A stretch of DNA of 64,000 bases from Mytilus trossulus (lineage: Eukaryota): positions 48,941,216 to 49,005,215 of the forward strand of contig NC_086385.1 of the NCBI RefSeq assembly GCF_036588685.1. Reading direction: 5' to 3'. Positions 14,997 through 29,695 of this stretch are shown piece after piece. The number at the start of each line of letters is the position of its first letter. The first letter of the stretch is position 1. The notes beneath the pieces are model-generated. The model searched no databases and was not told where the DNA came from. It worked only from the letters and a program-made list of their open reading frames with translations. Both the position numbers and the translations under genes were made by a program.

Positions 14997-15206
14997 CTGT
15001 AAACCAACTTATTTTCGCGGATACTTTATTTCGCGTTTAACTTGTTCTTGTTCTCTTCGCGGCTATTTAATTTCGCAATATTTTTAGTGTAGTTAAATAA
15101 AAAAAGATCCAAATTTTAAATATTCGCGACGATTTATATTAACTTTTTTTTTCTACTACCGAAATTCGCGAAAATAAATCGCTCTCGAAAATAAGTTGGT
15201 TTACAG
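14997..15206. mobile_element. MITE with TA target duplication (Tc1/mariner-like)
   Basis: TA-CTGTAAACCAACTTATTTTCG...CGAAAATAAGTTGGTTTACAG-TA. Confidence 0.8.
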
Positions 15207-15816
15207 TATATGTGATATACTTTGTTATTGATGACGTTAGTTTATAATCTTGTTTTTGATACAGAATATTATGATACAATGATTAGCAAGCTCAAATTCA
15301 ACCGATCTTTGTTAAACTGTATCTTTGATTTTCCTCGGAGTTGAGTATTTTTGTATTTTTTACTTAATTTTGCATATTAAAATAAGTAAAACAAATGAGC
15401 TTTCAACTGATGTAAAAAGTATATTGTCAGAATAGTTTCTTTTTTGTTTCGAATCGAGGTTGATCTGTCTATACAATAAATAGCTGGACATCCTTTTAGA
15501 TGACATAACTGAATTAGAAAAGAACAGCCATTAATGAACTTCCTTAATGATTGTATATTGTATTTTTATTTTCCCCAAAGAAAAGACCTTTATTGATGTT
15601 TATTATGTAAATAAATTAATTAGCTATTGAACATGTTGAATGAGGCTCGTTGATTACGTTTATTTGGTATGTGTTTAATAAACAATCAACTATCAGTATA
15701 TTTAGATTAGACTTTTAACAATTCAGAGATCAAAATATTTATTGTTAAACACTGTGTGTTCCCTTCTTCATTACCTATAACCCAATATTATTTAGATGAT
15801 GATGACGAACCCCGTA

Positions 15817-16072
15817 CCGCCGATTTCATTGAGTGTAATATCTTTGGTAAGGTTACTTGTTACCTGAACCGGAAGTCATTGTTAGGTCAGGTAACCTACC
15901 CCTCTTTATTAGAGTAGGCTAGTCCAGGAGATAACCAATCTATTTGTCTGTTGGACTAAGCTACATCGAAAGGAGGTTACTATACCGGACCTTATAATGA
16001 AATCACGGTTCAGCTAACAAGCACGCTAACCAAAGATATTACCTTTGTCCACACACTCAATGAAATCGGCTG
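15817..16072. mobile_element. Degenerate foldback MITE
   Basis: GCCGATTTCATTGAGTGT-AATATCTTTGGT...TGAACCG is mirrored by CGGTTCA...ACCAAAGATATT...ACACTCAATGAAATCGGC; TA flanks. Confidence 0.7.
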
Positions 16073-18832
16073 TAAACGGTTTCAACTAATGCGTTCTGAA
16101 AGTGTAGTCTTGTCCCTTTTTAATTGGAAGTTTCTTACAATTAAAATTTAAATGTTATTGTTTTGAATACTGAATATAGAACTTCTTGATTAGACGTTAA
16201 TACGTTTTCTGTTGTTTCCTTTTACCCCTTAAAACACTTTCAAATGAGGAAATGGTTTCTTTAATTGGTTTTCTTATTTTGGTCGAGTTTGAATAATAGC
16301 AATCGCTTTACGAGATTCGTGTACATTAACCTAAATGCTGTCGTGGAAAACCACTACATCAGTATATATCCGCAGCAAATAGCTTCATGTCAAAATCATT
16401 GTTGAAATATTAGAAACGTAGAGATTACAATCGGATTAGTTACTGCTATGTTTAATTTATTTCAATAATCGTGTACTTTCATAGTGCGATGATTACAGTT
16501 GCTATTCATGAGATGATATGCAAACAGAACTAACTATACTGGGATTAAAAAAGTGATGTTCTTAAATGTTGAATGCAGTTTTTTTTTCTATATTTGATAG
16601 GTTGTTAGTGGTTTAAAATTGATGTATAAACATCAGTTTTAAAGCTTATTTGGTTTGATTTGTATCTTTGTAATTGTTTTATAATATTTGAAAATCGATG
16701 TATCTCATGTATGTTTTGTCTTATGTCAAGAATTAAATTGCGGTTAAGAATACATTTAACTTACCACAATTATTTAGTATAATAGTAGCGAAGATACTTG
16801 AGACCTTCAAATTCAAAATTCAAAAACAGATTGACAATGCCAAAGCAAGAACAGAAAAACCAAACAAAAAACACCAGATTATAACAGAATGCAAATCACA
16901 CAATAGAAAAAAAATTACAAATTGAAAAACACAATATGGAAAACTAACGATTACGCAATACGAACCCATTCAAACAGGGTAAGTATATCTATAACGTCCC
17001 TTGTAAACTGGACATCTGTTTAAGTACACATTCATTGAATCCATGATATAAAGGAAAATATTACATATTTGTAACTGTATTTATGGAGGGTTTTATCAAA
17101 TGATGAATGTATTAACTACAATTTAATGCACTACGAGCATTGCATTAAGAATACGATTGACTTCCCTTTTCGGTTCAACTTTTTATAGATTGTGTTTGCA
17201 TTGTTCCGTCTTTTGTTTATAAATGTGTGTCTTGTACGTAATGTAGATTCCCACTTTGCACTACCCCTTTGATATCTTCTGGCTCTCTTTTTATAGAAAA
17301 GTAGAAAACAGCTTTTAAGGTATGACTGCAATATTTATTCGATCTTTGAAGAACATAAAAATGTAGTGCACACTGTAACGTGTTATTTTTAAGTCTAGTC
17401 TACATTATTTATGTTATTTCGAATAGACAGAAAAACTATTAAAGTAATTTCTTATAACTTAATCGAGGGAGTAAATCATGATGGAAACGTTGACGTCGCA
17501 GTCACATGACAAAGTTATGTCTATGAGCTGATAGACAAAACACTTTCAGCCAATCAGAAGATATGTTCCATTCAAAACTGAATCATATCAAAATAGAGAG
17601 AAGATATGTAGACAATTAAAAGAAAATAGAATTCCTTACTGCAACTTACAAATTGAAAAAATCAATTTCAGGGAGAAAAAAACGCTGTGGCGGGGAAAAT
17701 TTTTAAAACTACATAACACTTATAAATATTGATTATTACCATCAAACACAGATCAATTCTATCTTTGGGTAGCGTCACTTTTACCATTCTAGTGTTATGC
17801 TCCTTCATGAATGGAAAAATTGAAGTTGCATATGAATTTAATAAAACGACATGTTTCGATTTGGTAAAAGCAGGCTTGCAAATAAGTTGAATTCCTTTCT
17901 GAAAGCTTTCATATTCCATATCGATTGTTCAATGCCATTTTCAGTTCAAGATAGTGGAAGACATCCGACCTACCTTTCGTTATTGTATTAATGTTTTTGT
18001 GCTCTCAAGGCCTTTTAATGTTTCTTTTTCTGACATGATTTTGCTTATTGTTGAGGGCTACACAGTTACCCGTTAACCCGTGATGGTCAATATTCATATC
18101 CTGTGTTTTTTTAATGGATTGTTGTTTGATAGGCAATCGTAAAACACTTTAAAAATATCCCTTCCATTGTGTGTTTATTCGATTACGTATGTGACATTCA
18201 ATTGATCGTTGCGGATAAAGGTCAAGGATGACATTTAAAAGTCTCATGTTCTTGGAAGAGGAAGTCAGACTGACATTTGATTTTTTCAGATATTCCATCA
18301 ATGACTTTTAAAGCATGATAAAACAAATTGTTGGAAAATAAATAATAAATTATCTCAGAATACGGTCGTGTGTCGTAGAAAACATATCGGAAAATCTAGA
18401 TACCTCCCGGGTAGACTGATTATACTTTCCTTTCCCTCCGATAAACAGGAGACGCATTTTATACGTGATACTGATTTACTTAACATGGTCCAAACACTAA
18501 ATTTCAATCCTGGTATCTGTGATGATTTTATTTAGATGATAAAATCAATTGGCAAACATGTCTAGTACAGTTATTTCTGAAGCACTGTAAAGACATTCAT
18601 TTCAAAGCAGTTTTTAAAAGTGACTGTTCTTTAAAAAATACAAATGCATTGATGCGTGAACTATAGTTATTTGATGAAATACGTTTCATTTTAATTTCAT
18701 TTCTTGATATTTGATTTCAAGAAAGGCATATATGCATATAAATAGATATATTTGTATTTCGTTCTAAAAATTCGAGCACAATTTTAAACATGTCAATACA
18801 TTAGACAATAGATGATAGAATATATATCTATC

Positions 18833-19590
18833 TATGTGTACTCATACAAAATAAGTATAACGACAAAAAATAAATTACTACCCCGGTAAATATGCAAATG
18901 ACAGATTATGGTTTATCCAGTGGCATGAATTTGTAAAAGAAATTCAAAATTAATCATTCGGAAAAAACTAAAAGGGAAATTGTTAAACTGTCAAGCTGTT
19001 CACTTTTTGAAAAACACTTCAACTTAAGTACATCCATACTTGCTAGTACACTTCACCTATAGATAATGGATTAGAAACATAAATAAAAACGACTGTATAT
19101 CAAGAAAATATCACCCGATATGCATAAATTCTTGAGTTTACTTATTGCCTAAAATTATGCTCGGCAATAGGATGAATAATCATAATCAGATTTCAGGCAA
19201 TAAGCTTAATGCCTGAAAATTGCAGGCAATAACTTAATGCCTAGGCGTTAGCTTATTGCTTAGGATTTAAGCTTAATGCCTAATTTCACTTATTGCCGCT
19301 AACATATATATGCATGTGTACTCAAACAAAATAAGTATAAAGACAAAAAATGAATCACTAAATATGCAAAATACAAATTATGGTTTATCCAATGGCATGA
19401 ATTTGTAAACGAAATTCAAAATTAGTCATGCTGAAAAATCTAAAAGGGAAATTGTTAAACTGTCAAGCTGTTAACTTCAACTTAAGTACATCCGTACTTG
19501 CTAGTTCACTTCAACTTAAATACATCTGTACTTGCTAGTACACTTCAACTTAAGTGCATCCATACTTGCTAGTACACTTCAACTTAAGTG
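18833..19590. repeat. Local duplication (~18833-19060 and ~19314-19590) ending in a 34-bp minisatellite
   Basis: Both copies begin ATGTGTACTCA.ACAAAATAAGTATAA; the unit ACTTCAACTTAAGTACATCCATACTTGCTAGTAC is reiterated. Confidence 0.8.
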
Positions 19591-20228
19591 ACCTCTTTGA
19601 TACTGATTGAATAATAATATGTATACTGCTCTCAGCTCCCTATGTACATGTAATTTCTATTGTGTATGTAATTCATGTTTATCATCTAATTGTAACAAGA
19701 CATGTTGTATCAACAGGTTAATTTCATAAACAAATATTTACTCACCATATCTTTGAAATAAAACCTTTTGGAAATCAAAAATCATTAAATAATCCATTTT
19801 TTTTATGAATGAACTACTGTAACACATCCCTTTAACAAATCGCACGTGGTAAATAATCACATGAACAGAATTTAAATGTAATTGAAATTAACATAACAAA
19901 AGACTTGATGTACGGTAACTTTGAAACTGCTTAATAAATACAGGTAGCTTTTGTGAGAAATAAAGATACAAAACAAACTTTATTTAAAAAATTATATATG
20001 GTGAGAGGTAAAGATATATAGATCGATAATGTTTGGTACATGTACATTTGTACAAGGATAGATAATATTTTTACTGAGGGTTGATGTTAATAATTTATAG
20101 TGGGAGTTTTTTTTCTCATTTGATTTTTCCCCGACAAATGAGACTGTAACAATTGGGGCCCCCTTAGTTGCTCCCCTGGGCAACTGAGGGTTGATGTAAC
20201 AGGCGATTGTTAATAAAATATGTTTTAT

Positions 20229-20271
<43 letters not shown>
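19591..20271 (+). mobile_element. Poly(A)-tailed, 5'-truncated retroposed insertion (LINE 3' UTR or retrocopy)
   Basis: AATAAA at 20212 and an A-run at 20233-20271. AAGTG is duplicated at both ends. It interrupts a 34-bp tandem repeat that resumes at 20272. Confidence 0.75.
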
Positions 20272-20273
<2 letters not shown>

Positions 20274-21010
20274 GCATCCATACTTGCTAGTACACTTCAA
20301 CTTAAGTACATCCGTACTTGCTAGTACACTTCACCTATTGAAAATAGCGGGATTACTTAATTATTTTAAACAAGCAGATCCTGTCAGAACTTTTCAATTG
20401 AATTCCATGTTAGCAGCTGTGCGATATTCATAAACGAATTTCCCTTTTATAATTTTCGAAACTTAAAGCTGTGTTTCAAAACTAATGCCAGTTCTCAAAA
20501 GACAACAAAGTCAGATTAAATCATTCAAACCATCATCAAATCTTCATGTTTACACTTTCTAAATCAACACTCATAATACATCATGAGTTATCTATTTCAA
20601 ATACTGGAGGCCAAAGTTCTTTGTGAATAGTTCTTGTGAGAATTTATATCTTGCATATAGATGTGGACTTGAAATAAAGTACTAAAGAGACAAGAAAATT
20701 TACATGTACAGCTGTAGATCGAATGCCAACAATACCACATCTACGTGTTGTTATTTCAATATGTGTCGATATAAATAACATGGATTTTTTTTCACATATG
20801 GTACTGACCATCCATAACTGACATTTGATATCATGTATGAAAAAAATTATTGCGCTACAATTAGTTTTTATCCTGAATCACGTTTTATATGTTATACGTA
20901 AAATCTACACAGATGTGGTTTTTTGTTGTAAAATAAAGCACATTCATATGTGATATGTGAATGGGAAAAAACTTTATTTTTACTTTTTAACACTGAGCAA
21001 AAACGCAGTA

Positions 21011-22111
21011 CAGTGACACCTGGGTAAACCGAATTTTAGTTTAAGCCGAATAATTTTCAAAGGCCAAAAACAATTCCCTGTCTAGCGTTAATCTAACCTT
21101 AAAAAAACGATTCCTGTCAACACCAAATATGGAACGCTTTTTGAAGGCTCGTTAGAAAATTGGTATTTAAAAATTATCTCTCAAAATTGATCAATAGCAA
21201 TCAAACCAAACAAGTATTTTTAATAATTTGCATGATTTAATTAAACAAACACCAGATGACAGAGGTCATTAAATTAACTGGCGAGTTGATATTACAAATT
21301 AATTAGCATGTTTGTGTCTTTGTATGAAGTGTTTTTTTGTTTTCAAGACACGTTGAACTTGTCAGCTACCCTAATCGCCGAAAACGACAAGAAAGAAAAT
21401 TCCCCTCAGATCAATTAAATGCACGTTACTGAAATAACTTCGACCACAAAATCGTAACTGCCATTCTGTAGCTAAGCCGTTTAATTAAATAATAGTTTTA
21501 AAGCTCTTCACTGGATAAAGAAGTCGTGCAACACAACAAGGTAATGGCTTTCGATTGCCGGATACCTTTATGAGGCCCTTTATATTTGATTCGGATGCTC
21601 CCGAAGACTTCTGTTAGATATTTAGCAACGATAAAGTCCGAGAATAAACTGGACGCCTGCTGTTGTTTTACTCTTATCTTGTGGCGAAGTATCAATCAGC
21701 AGGTAGCCAGTTTAGTACGATAACTCGTGTGTTCAATGGCTATCTTTATTCACCTCGGAATCGTCATTTGACAGTGACTGGGAATCTGAACTGGTCAGTG
21801 AATTAACGATTGAGAAAATAATAATAAAAAAGAAAACTCGCAAAGAAAAAAGAAAAAAAGTGGCGTTTGATTTATTAACAAAAATTTAGCAATACGTCTA
21901 TCTTAATCTACTTATATTTTTACATTTACATCTTAATCAACATACAATGTACACAAAAATGGTCGTCTGTTGGATCATCTATCATCCCTTGTCAGAGACT
22001 GCCAAAATTATTTTTGGTGTGGACCTCCGTTTACCTCTGCAATACGAACACCTGTGAAAACCGAACAAAACGCAAAGTCCCGTGGGTGTTCGGTTTGGAC
22101 AGGTTTCACTG
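21011..22111. mobile_element. Possible old non-autonomous Tc1/pogo-like element
   Basis: TA-CAGTGACACCTGGGTAAACCGAA versus the right-end reverse complement TA-CAGTGAAACCTGTCCAAACCGAA; no recognisable transposase inside. Confidence 0.45.
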
Positions 22112-23981
22112 TATAAGCAAATTGAATCCAATCCTGATATTGGAAAGTGACTGATGGTAGCTTTTGCATTCCAGATTGATAAAGCCCTTTTATATGTTAT
22201 GCTTAACATATAAATTGGTTCTGTCACCGCTTAAGCTATAACAAAGGGCTTAATATATCTTCTTAATGTCATTCTGTCCGGGGAAACGATAAAGGAAAAG
22301 AATTTCAAATGTCACCATGAATTTCAGCCAATAAACTTGTTGAATTGTCACCTATAACGAACAAATAAGCTTGTTACTTTATCGTTATTAATTAACTTCG
22401 TACAATTGACATTGACCCAAATCCATTTAAATGTCCCTCAAATAAAGGAGACTACATGATTATAAGTGCACAAGTAATCTACAATCATTTTGTATGTATC
22501 GTTGATAAGGGTTTTGATCTGTAAATTGCCGCTCATAAAACGTATACATCGTTGGAACTATAAATAAAAGGGATATTGAATTATTGTATGTGAGACTATT
22601 CACCAGTAAAAAGTTGGCACATGATGGGAACAAGTAAATGACATCGTTTTGCCTCAAGCAATACAAGTAATTTATATCTTGTAGAAACCTTTTGAAGAAA
22701 TCGGCATGATAATTGTAATTCAGTTCAACAGATAAAATCAAAGACTTTTTTTATCATGCTATGATGAAAAAAATAAACACCAATTGTTAACCCCAGGCAT
22801 ACATGGTCATTACAAGATTTGAAAGTATCCCTTAATTTCAACTTTCGTTATCTCGAATAGCACTTTAAAATAAATTGTTCATTTTTTAAATTGACGTCGT
22901 CAATTTTTTCTGCAATACAAAACTTATAATCACTGAACTTCGAGGAAAATTCAAAACGGAAAGTTCCTAATCAAATGGAAAATTCAAATAATAAAACATT
23001 CGACAACTGTCATATGACAGTTAATTCCTTACTGTTCTGTGGGCTGTACAATTATATGACAGGCTCTGGCAGTTCTACACTATTTACAATTCTTATAGTT
23101 CTACTATGGAACAGGTCCCAACATCTCAATCACAGTATTTACTTTTCAACATTTCTATGCCCGATAATTTTGTAAATCAGTTCTGATTTATCTTGATGCT
23201 ATGTTCTATATTCTTGATGCTATATTGATACTAACTCTTTCTGATGTATCTTGATGCTAAATTCTTCTTTCTGGTATCTTGATGCCATATTATCTTTCCT
23301 ACAATCTTAACTATTATGTATAAAGAACGTAGACCATACAAGGGAATTGATTATTAATGAAACTATAAGAATGTTTCCTGGTAAGAAAATTGAACGGAAA
23401 ACGAAGATTTTATTATTGCGGCATATAAACTATGACATTTCATAGCTTATACCAATTAGACAAACGGAATTTCCTCACCCAGATAACAACGTCAATTTAA
23501 ATAATTATAACTGTCTAGATAAAATAGAAATATTCCCTTAAAGTTTAGGCAAACATTAACATTGACGTTTTTTAAATAACTTTCTTATTCGGTCAGTTCA
23601 GAATTAATCTGTATTTCTCTAATACAAACTACATCTAATGTGTCTGTACATGATTATATATACTTGTCTGAAATATGAAAGAATTCTAGAAAAGAGAATG
23701 GAAATTGGGAATATCACGTCAATGAGACAACAACCTGACCAAATAATAAGTAGTTGAAAGCTGTCCAGGGCCATGTATTGGTCTTTAAAGACTCGTTTAA
23801 ATATCACAGCAGGATGCTGACCTTAGCTGACTCCCAGACAATAATGTATATTACTTCAGTAAAATGGACGCAATACTAACTCCGAAACATATAAAATGAA
23901 CCAAAATGTTAAATAAAAACGAGACTAACATAGACTTGATGTTTCTGGTTTGGTATATGCGCTAAAAATACACGGAATTAA

Positions 23982-24410
23982 ATAAAGGCAACAATAGTAT
24001 ACCGCTGTTCACTACTCATTAATCTATGGACAAAAAAACAAATCGGGGTAACAAACTAAAACTGAGGAAAATGCATTTAATATAAGAGGAGAAAAACGAC
24101 ACAACAAATGTAACACACACAGAAACGGACTAAGCATCAGACAAAATCCTAATAAAATAACAAATAAAACATCAAAACCAAATACATGAATTTGGGATAG
24201 ACAAGTACCGTGACACGTCCACAGCAATGTGAATGCACACTCAAAAATCAGAGAAAACAAACGACACAACACGGAAACACAACGTTAAAATATAACACAT
24301 ACAGAAACGAACTATCATATAACACTGGTCATATTCCTGACTTAGTACAGGACATTTTTAAAGGAACAAATGGTGGGTTGAACCTGGTTTTGTGGCATGC
24401 CAAAACTCCC
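23982..24410 (+). repeat. Dispersed repeat
   Basis: Starts ATAAAGGCAA.A.TAGTATAC.GCTGTTCA. Shared with 10876-11200 (+) and ~2540-2665 (-). Confidence 0.75.
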
Positions 24411-26710
24411 TCTTTAATTACCGTAGAATTTAATTACAAAGAAGTCTGATCTCCATCAAAGAATAGGTAACAGAATAAAGTAAGCATGATAACAAGGGTC
24501 AATATAATTAACAAAGGACTATCAGCTGTTATTACAAAATGTAACATACCAGCTCCAAACCTCAATTAAAATTATCGTGACATTTTGACGTCATCATATG
24601 AAAATCACACACAACCCCTCCCGTTTCCTTTTTTTTATATAATGCCGTCATCAAATAAACAAGCCCTATCGTTTTGGCTTGAGTAGTCTACTGAAAGAAG
24701 AACTCAGTGCGACAGCAAATAGACAATTTATGACAATATTAAACACTTTTTCATCGTAATAAACAAACAACGGTTTTCAAAATGATAGCTTTATCTGTGT
24801 GTTGGCGTTTCATTTTATGACATTTATGACATTTTATTTCAAAGCTTTTTGATAACTCTATCATTAAAGACTGTCATATTTCGCCTGAAGGAAACCGACT
24901 ACCTTAATGGATACCAAGTCATTTAATACAATTACCATAGAGATATCTTACAAATTAAAGATAATTATGCCAATCTATAAACCACCACATCCTTTTTATT
25001 GAGAATGTCGTGATCGTGGTCAGGAATATGGTATTGTTTATCAAGATATATAATATTTCTACCGCCTGTTTGTTACATTATGATATGGCACTTAGACAAG
25101 ACGGCTGATCACTACTACAGATACTTACATGGATTGTGTCAGTATAATCGATGGTCTGAAGGTACATCCTTCAATTTTTTAATTTATTTTATTTTTTTAA
25201 TTTTAAGCCATTTTTCTCTCTTCTTTAAAAAAATGAGTATGACATGTTTCATTATTATTTATCAAATTTGCCAATTTTTCTCTCTTCGTTATATTTCAGA
25301 ATCATCTTACATTTTTCAGTACTACGTAATCGTAAATTTTACGTGTTTCTGAACACTGTTTACTTGGATGGTAATAAGCCTAACGCTGCGTAACACGGTT
25401 GTTTGTCCTTTTTTGTTGAATGAAACAATAACTTAAATGATTAAGATTGTTATCGTCTTTACGCTGCTATATTTAGATTATTAATTGTCTTTTTGCGTTT
25501 TTATAGTCTTACTAATTAACCACATAACAGATTAATTCAATACATGCATGTAAAAAAAAATGAGAAGGTGGTATGATTGACATTAAGACAACTATCAACA
25601 AAGACAAAAATAAAAATGCCAGGCATGTGAAAAATAAGTGGTCACTGTGGGGCTTTCTGTTTTCAACAGTTTGTTAAACCATCATGTATAGTAAACTATA
25701 ATATTCGCGGTGGGAAATTATAAAATGAATCGAAAGAGAAAACCGGACTCCTGATGAATACAGCAATTATCAATAAAACATGTAAAACTGAAACCAACAA
25801 AAAAAAAACCGGAAAACACATGTCTGACTTTGTTGTGGTGTAAGTATACTGTAAGAAGAAATCAATACAGGACACATTTTCATTAGTACGTTAACAAAGT
25901 AACATATCTTTAACATGTATGAATATGTCTCCCAGAAAGGTGCGTGGCTTGAGAAGCAGCTGTATTTACAAAGTGCAACCTACACTCTGTTATCGAATGT
26001 TTAACTTTGACAATGGGCGATACTTTGTTATACACTTGTTTCCTACTGAGTATGTTGACCTCGACCTTCATAACAATTAACAATATATTTTGACATCTGG
26101 TTAAGACACGTGTTTATTACTGAGAATTTTGACCTCGACCTTCTTTACAATGAGCGATATAGATTTTGACACGTGGTAGAGACACGGTTTAATCATTGGG
26201 TATTTTGACCTCTTGTTTCTTGTTAAACAAATCTTTGCAAAAATCGAAAATGGCGGATAAAATAGCAACTAAAGATCACCTTACGGTCTTCAACAGTGAG
26301 GAAAATCTGTATAGTAAGATAAAAGAACATGAAATGACAAAAGTAAAAAAGAAATTATATGCAAATAATAATGTTAATTTTACATCTTTAATCAATGAAC
26401 TAATAAAGTAAATATTTGCAGGTACATTTTCATTAAAGTAGTGAGGTCCGTGTGTAATTCAATGCTTTTCCTATTATTCTTGGATAGCTTAGTACTTCGA
26501 TACTGGAATTAACCTACTGAACCAAATTTATTCATTTATAGTGTATTAATTTACGTTTTTTGATTGAGTTAAGCCTGACATTTGATATTTTATCGTGTGT
26601 TTTTCTATGTTGTGATGTTGTGCTATTGTTTCAGAAAAAGGGAGAAGTTTAATCTTGCTGCAAGTGTTTGCAACTGTCCTAAGTCAGGAAGCTGATGTAC
26701 AGTAGTTGTC

Positions 26711-27391
26711 TATGGAACGCCAAAACTGTCTTATAATGGCCATTTGACATTATATGATGTGATTTTACCCTTATGTGATGTGCATTTGTCAATATATGAT
26801 GTGTACAAACCTTTATATGATGTCCAGTTGACATTATATGCTGTCCAAACATCCTTATATGATGTGCATTAACACTTTTATGATGTGCATATATACTTAT
26901 ATGATGTCCAAATATCATTATATGCTGTGCAAATATCCCTATATGATGTGCATATGTACTTATATGGTGTACAAATATACTTATATGATGTGCATATTTA
27001 CCTATATAATGTGCATATATACTTACATGATGTGCATATATATTTATATGATGTGCATGTATACTTATATGTTGTGCTTACATCCTTATGTGATGTGCAT
27101 TTATACTTATATGTCGTGCATGTATCCTTATATGATATGATTGTGTCCTTATATTATGTACAAAGAGCATTATATGTTGTACAATTGTCTTTATTTTATG
27201 TGCGTTTACCCTTATATTGTGTGCATTAATTTTTATATGATGTGATCTTATCATTATATTATGTGGTTAGACTAACTTCATTATATGGTGTCAGAACGAC
27301 ATTATATGATGTGCTTTCATCGTTGTTATGGTCAATGAACATGATTAAGATTAGAACGATTACTGTCTACGTCAAAACTGATTCCGATCCG
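26711..27391 (+). repeat. Left terminal inverted repeat (~680 bp) with ~21-bp tandem subrepeats
   Basis: Reverse complement of 50805-51894 at both the outer end and the inner end (GTCTACGTCAAAACTGATTCCGATCCG). The interior repeats a TTATATGATGTGCA-like motif at ~21-bp spacing. Confidence 0.92.
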
Positions 27392-27444
27392 CTTCTCTGA
27401 AGTTACGATAAACCCCGCTCAAATCTGTTAGTCTTGTTTGCAAA

Positions 27445-27903
27445 ATGGATGACATTTTGAAAGATTTAAACCTTGGTACGTTAGTATCGCGTTTTAATGA
27501 TGAAAAGATTACACCAGATATAGTTGGAAAATTATCGAAATATGAGTTGCAAAATTTAGGTGTAACTGATGGATCTGCAATAATGAACCTTCGTTTGAAG
27601 TGTTTAAATCATGGTTCTTCGACTATGTACCGAGCTCCTGGAATTAGGCAATTTAATATACCAGAGGATATTCTTCAATTTTTTTTGGAATGCCAGTTTA
27701 CTGTTCGTGAAATAGCAAAGCTCCTATCAGCTTCCGAAAGTACAGTGTATAGAAGAATGAGACAGTGTAATTTAAAAAAAATAAACGTTTCAAACATTTC
27801 GGAGGAAGATTTGGACTTATTGATACAGGAGCTAGTGGTGGAATTTCCTCGCTGTGGCGAAAAGATGATTAAAGAACTTTTAGTCGAAAAGACAGCTATA
27901 CAG
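27445..27903 (+). CDS. Transposase exon 1: SAM-like domain plus helix-turn-helix (153 codons)
   Basis: ORF MDDILKDLNL...ELQNLGVTDGSAIMNLR (SAM-like) and FTVREIAKLLSASESTVYRRMR (HTH). Donor CAG|GTATAT at 27903/27904, phase 0. Confidence 0.85.
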
Positions 27904-29695
27904 GTATATTCATTCTCTCTTACTTTATTGCCACTTCATTTCATTTTGTTACCTATACTAATTAACTCCCAGCCATTTTAAAAAGTATTGCTTTTAAAAC
28001 AATAGATGTAACTTTCTACTTGTGCATACTAGTACCGGAATTAATGAAAGGAGATACAAAATTGACTTCGACTCGTGTCATACATTTGGTCGAATCTTTT
28101 AATATATACTAGGTAAATGTTCTTTTTGGGCGGGAGAGTAATTGTTTTGCCTCCTCTTTTTTCTAATATCTGTAACGTCTTTGCTTTCCCGTAATTTCAA
28201 TTATCTATCACGTTTTTCTATCATGTCTATAGGTGGCACACTTAGGTTAATGATTCTAAGCAGTGTGATTGGACAAAAAAAAACAGTATCAACTGAACAT
28301 ATTTTATCAAACTGAGGGATGAATCAGGCAAAACAAACAAACGGCTATGTTACATATTTTAATTCATTTCTGAAAAGTAAAATTACTCTTCAGTTAACTG
28401 TGAATGTAGAATTTTTTGCCGTGTTAAAAAGTGGTAAAAAATTCTAAAAAGGCCATCATTATCCCTTATGGGCCAGGAAATACTACCGTGCCACCTATAC
28501 GAGTATATCTATGAGCACAAATATACTAGAAATAACTGTACTATTTTCTATCAGTGCAAAGTTAACTATCCACAGCGTTCAGTAATGGTAAGAATGACTA
28601 AAATTTGTGTTCATAAAATACACAAAAGATTTGTCCTGTCCCGAAGTACAAATACTTTTTTCTATCATTCAACTTCAACCAGACAGTAACCCACCCCATA
28701 ACAGGATCATCACACAAAGATCAGAGTACTTTGGTATTCTTAATTTTATTACGGAAGTATTGAAGTGATCTCGTAAAAATCAAGAGTTCAAAATTGATAT
28801 AAAGATAAGAATTGATAAGATAAAAATTGATACTTTAAATCGGATGAGCTTTACTTAATTTAAGGAACAATACCAGTAATAGCTTTTCAAAAAAGGCTAG
28901 CCGTCCCTTAGCTGATGAACATGGAAAGTGTTCTCGCTTTGCAGATATATAATTCATTCGGAATAGCCTTACGTTATATCAATCAACAAATTTTACCACA
29001 CAAGTGAGGTCACACGTTATGAAGTATAATATCGTTTAACGTTGTTTGTGTTTACAAAACTACAGAAGATCCGGCTATTTATAGGTTTAAGTTACCTGTT
29101 TACCAATATCATATAGGTATACGCAAAAAATATTTTAATAGGTTATGGAGCTCCTTTCTGAGATATTTGAGGTTTTTATTTAAATGGCTGGAAAGGGCTA
29201 ATCTAAATTTTAACCTTAAATTTGCATTGGTAATTTTTTGGGGTCTCTTATGGAAAGCAAAGACATCTCGAATCTGCTTAAATCTTAGTAATTCACATAT
29301 AAAGCTATTGAAGTCTTGTACGAAAATAAAAAGAGTTGTTATGGGGCAAAATATTTTGTGAAACAACAAAACAACACAAGGAAAATATTTGGCTGAAAAA
29401 ACAAACTAACAAGAACAAAATCTTTTCACGGTCAAGACGTAACTCTTAATCACAGAAATGAGATATAATTACTTCTGCTAAAATCTCCTCTAAATACATT
29501 CAGTTAACACCGTTTTCGTGAAAACTCGTACTATTATCAAAACTGTTCGAATATTTAATAAAAATTGCACCCATTTGAAGATTGGATTTATCACGACAAA
29601 ACAAAATTTTAATGATGCAAGTTCTCTAACTTATTCTGTTGCAAAATTCCCATTTCAAACTTGTAGTTTTTGAAAAAATGATAGAAATCTTTTAA

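Noticed and set aside
26679-27229. Y/H/M-rich ORFs with 7-aa periodicity
   Set aside because: They are by-products of the 21-bp TIR subrepeat and are open in several frames on both strands.
27904-27981. C-terminal tail of the 178-aa ORF
   Set aside because: Read-through into the intron; the donor at 27903 joins in frame to 30889.
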